Shown: one piece after another, positions 63,181-64,000 of the stretch | How the letters are laid out: each line of letters opens with the position of its first letter | Numbering within the stretch: the stretch's first letter is position 1 | DNA from: Lama guanicoe | Taxonomy: Eukaryota | Assembly: GCA_013239625.1 (NCBI GenBank) | Contig: MU053487.1 | Location: 1,073,058 to 1,137,057 of the forward strand | Length of the DNA stretch: 64,000 nt | Direction of reading: 5' to 3' | The notes under the pieces: generated by a model | What the model was told of the DNA's origin: nothing | The model's database searches: none | The model's input: the letters and a program-made list of their open reading frames with translations, nothing else | Program-made: the position numbers and the translations under genes

Positions 63181-64000
63181 TGGCACTTCATTGCTCCTCT
63201 ATAGGCTAGGGGGAAATGGGCTTATTGCATTCACTTTAAGAAATATTCCTGCACCTCTTTTGTGGGCCTCCCTACAATTTCAGTTATATTTCATCTTCTA
63301 AGAAGTTTGCTAAATGTAGCTTCAAGCAGCTCACTCTGGTAGGTGTGCTTGAGCCATTATCATCCATTTTTCAATAAAGCTGTGGGTGAAAGTGTCATTG
63401 ATTCTTTTTCACCAGGAGAGAATATTAGCTTTTTATCCTCATCATATTATCTCTCTGCTTGACTGATAAAACTGTCATGCTAAAGGAAAGGTCAGGAATT
63501 ATCGAGTGGGTATTCATTTAATTCTCTCACCCGCCTCTTCCAACAAATGCGTTGGGAAGGTAACAGAAAATTTGTGTTTATGAAATGAGAATAGAAGAGA
63601 GAGATAAATGGATGAAGTCCTCATGGATTAATGACTTCATTTTGTTGCCTAGAAAAATGTGTGAGCTTTAAAAGGTCTTCATTTATAACTTACACTTGCC
63701 CCTTATTTCATTTTCTTATTTTGATAGAAAGAATTCTCAAATGACATTTAGTTGAGCGATACGGCTTCTTTGGTGGGTTAAACGTTCCTGGACATGGGAA
63801 GGGGAGGGAGAACAGGAGAGGACAGATGGTTCATGTGGCAGGAAAAGAATGCTACCACTCTCATTATTCAGTGCACCTGAAGAAGTTAAAATTAGCGTGA
63901 GTTACTTCTAATTATATTTTGTTTTGCAGTCAACATGGATTGATGTTGTGATGAGTGACAGAGGATACAAGAGGATCAAAATAGAACAGATTAGTTAGAC

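Noticed and set aside
63537..63640. Two short stem-loops (cttccaac/gttgggaag and atgaagtc/gacttcat)
   Set aside because: 8-bp stems are expected by chance in 64 kb and there is no RNA family signature.

Overview
This is mammalian nuclear DNA: AT-rich, CpG-depleted and dominated by interspersed repeats. A tRNA-derived SINE of the Vic-1 type (51376-51509) and short young L1 3' ends point to a camelid (alpaca, llama or camel). I recognise no protein-coding exon or bona fide RNA gene. The supplied ORFs are chance ORFs or translations of L1, LTR or SINE remnants, so the window looks intergenic or deep-intronic. It contains old L1M/L1MB/L1MC/L1ME pieces, L2 and MIR relics, MaLR (MLT1) and LTR16-type solo LTRs, an ERV1-type solo LTR, hAT DNA-transposon fossils and microsatellites. 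Subfamily names come from visual recognition of consensus sequences, not from a search, and boundaries are approximate. The most unusual structures are: (1) an ~80-nt hairpin with a competing alternative stem at 50867-50974; (2) two head-to-head truncated MLT1 LTRs at 21912-22445 that appear to record an inverted-repeat-associated deletion inside an L1; (3) a near-perfect 3 x 38-bp tandem repeat at 26442-26558; (4) a CpG-retaining patch with a CTCF-like motif and a consensus splice donor at ~29470-29915; (5) an ERV1-type LTR inserted into the last bases of an MLT1 LTR. I found no convincing novel multi-component system.
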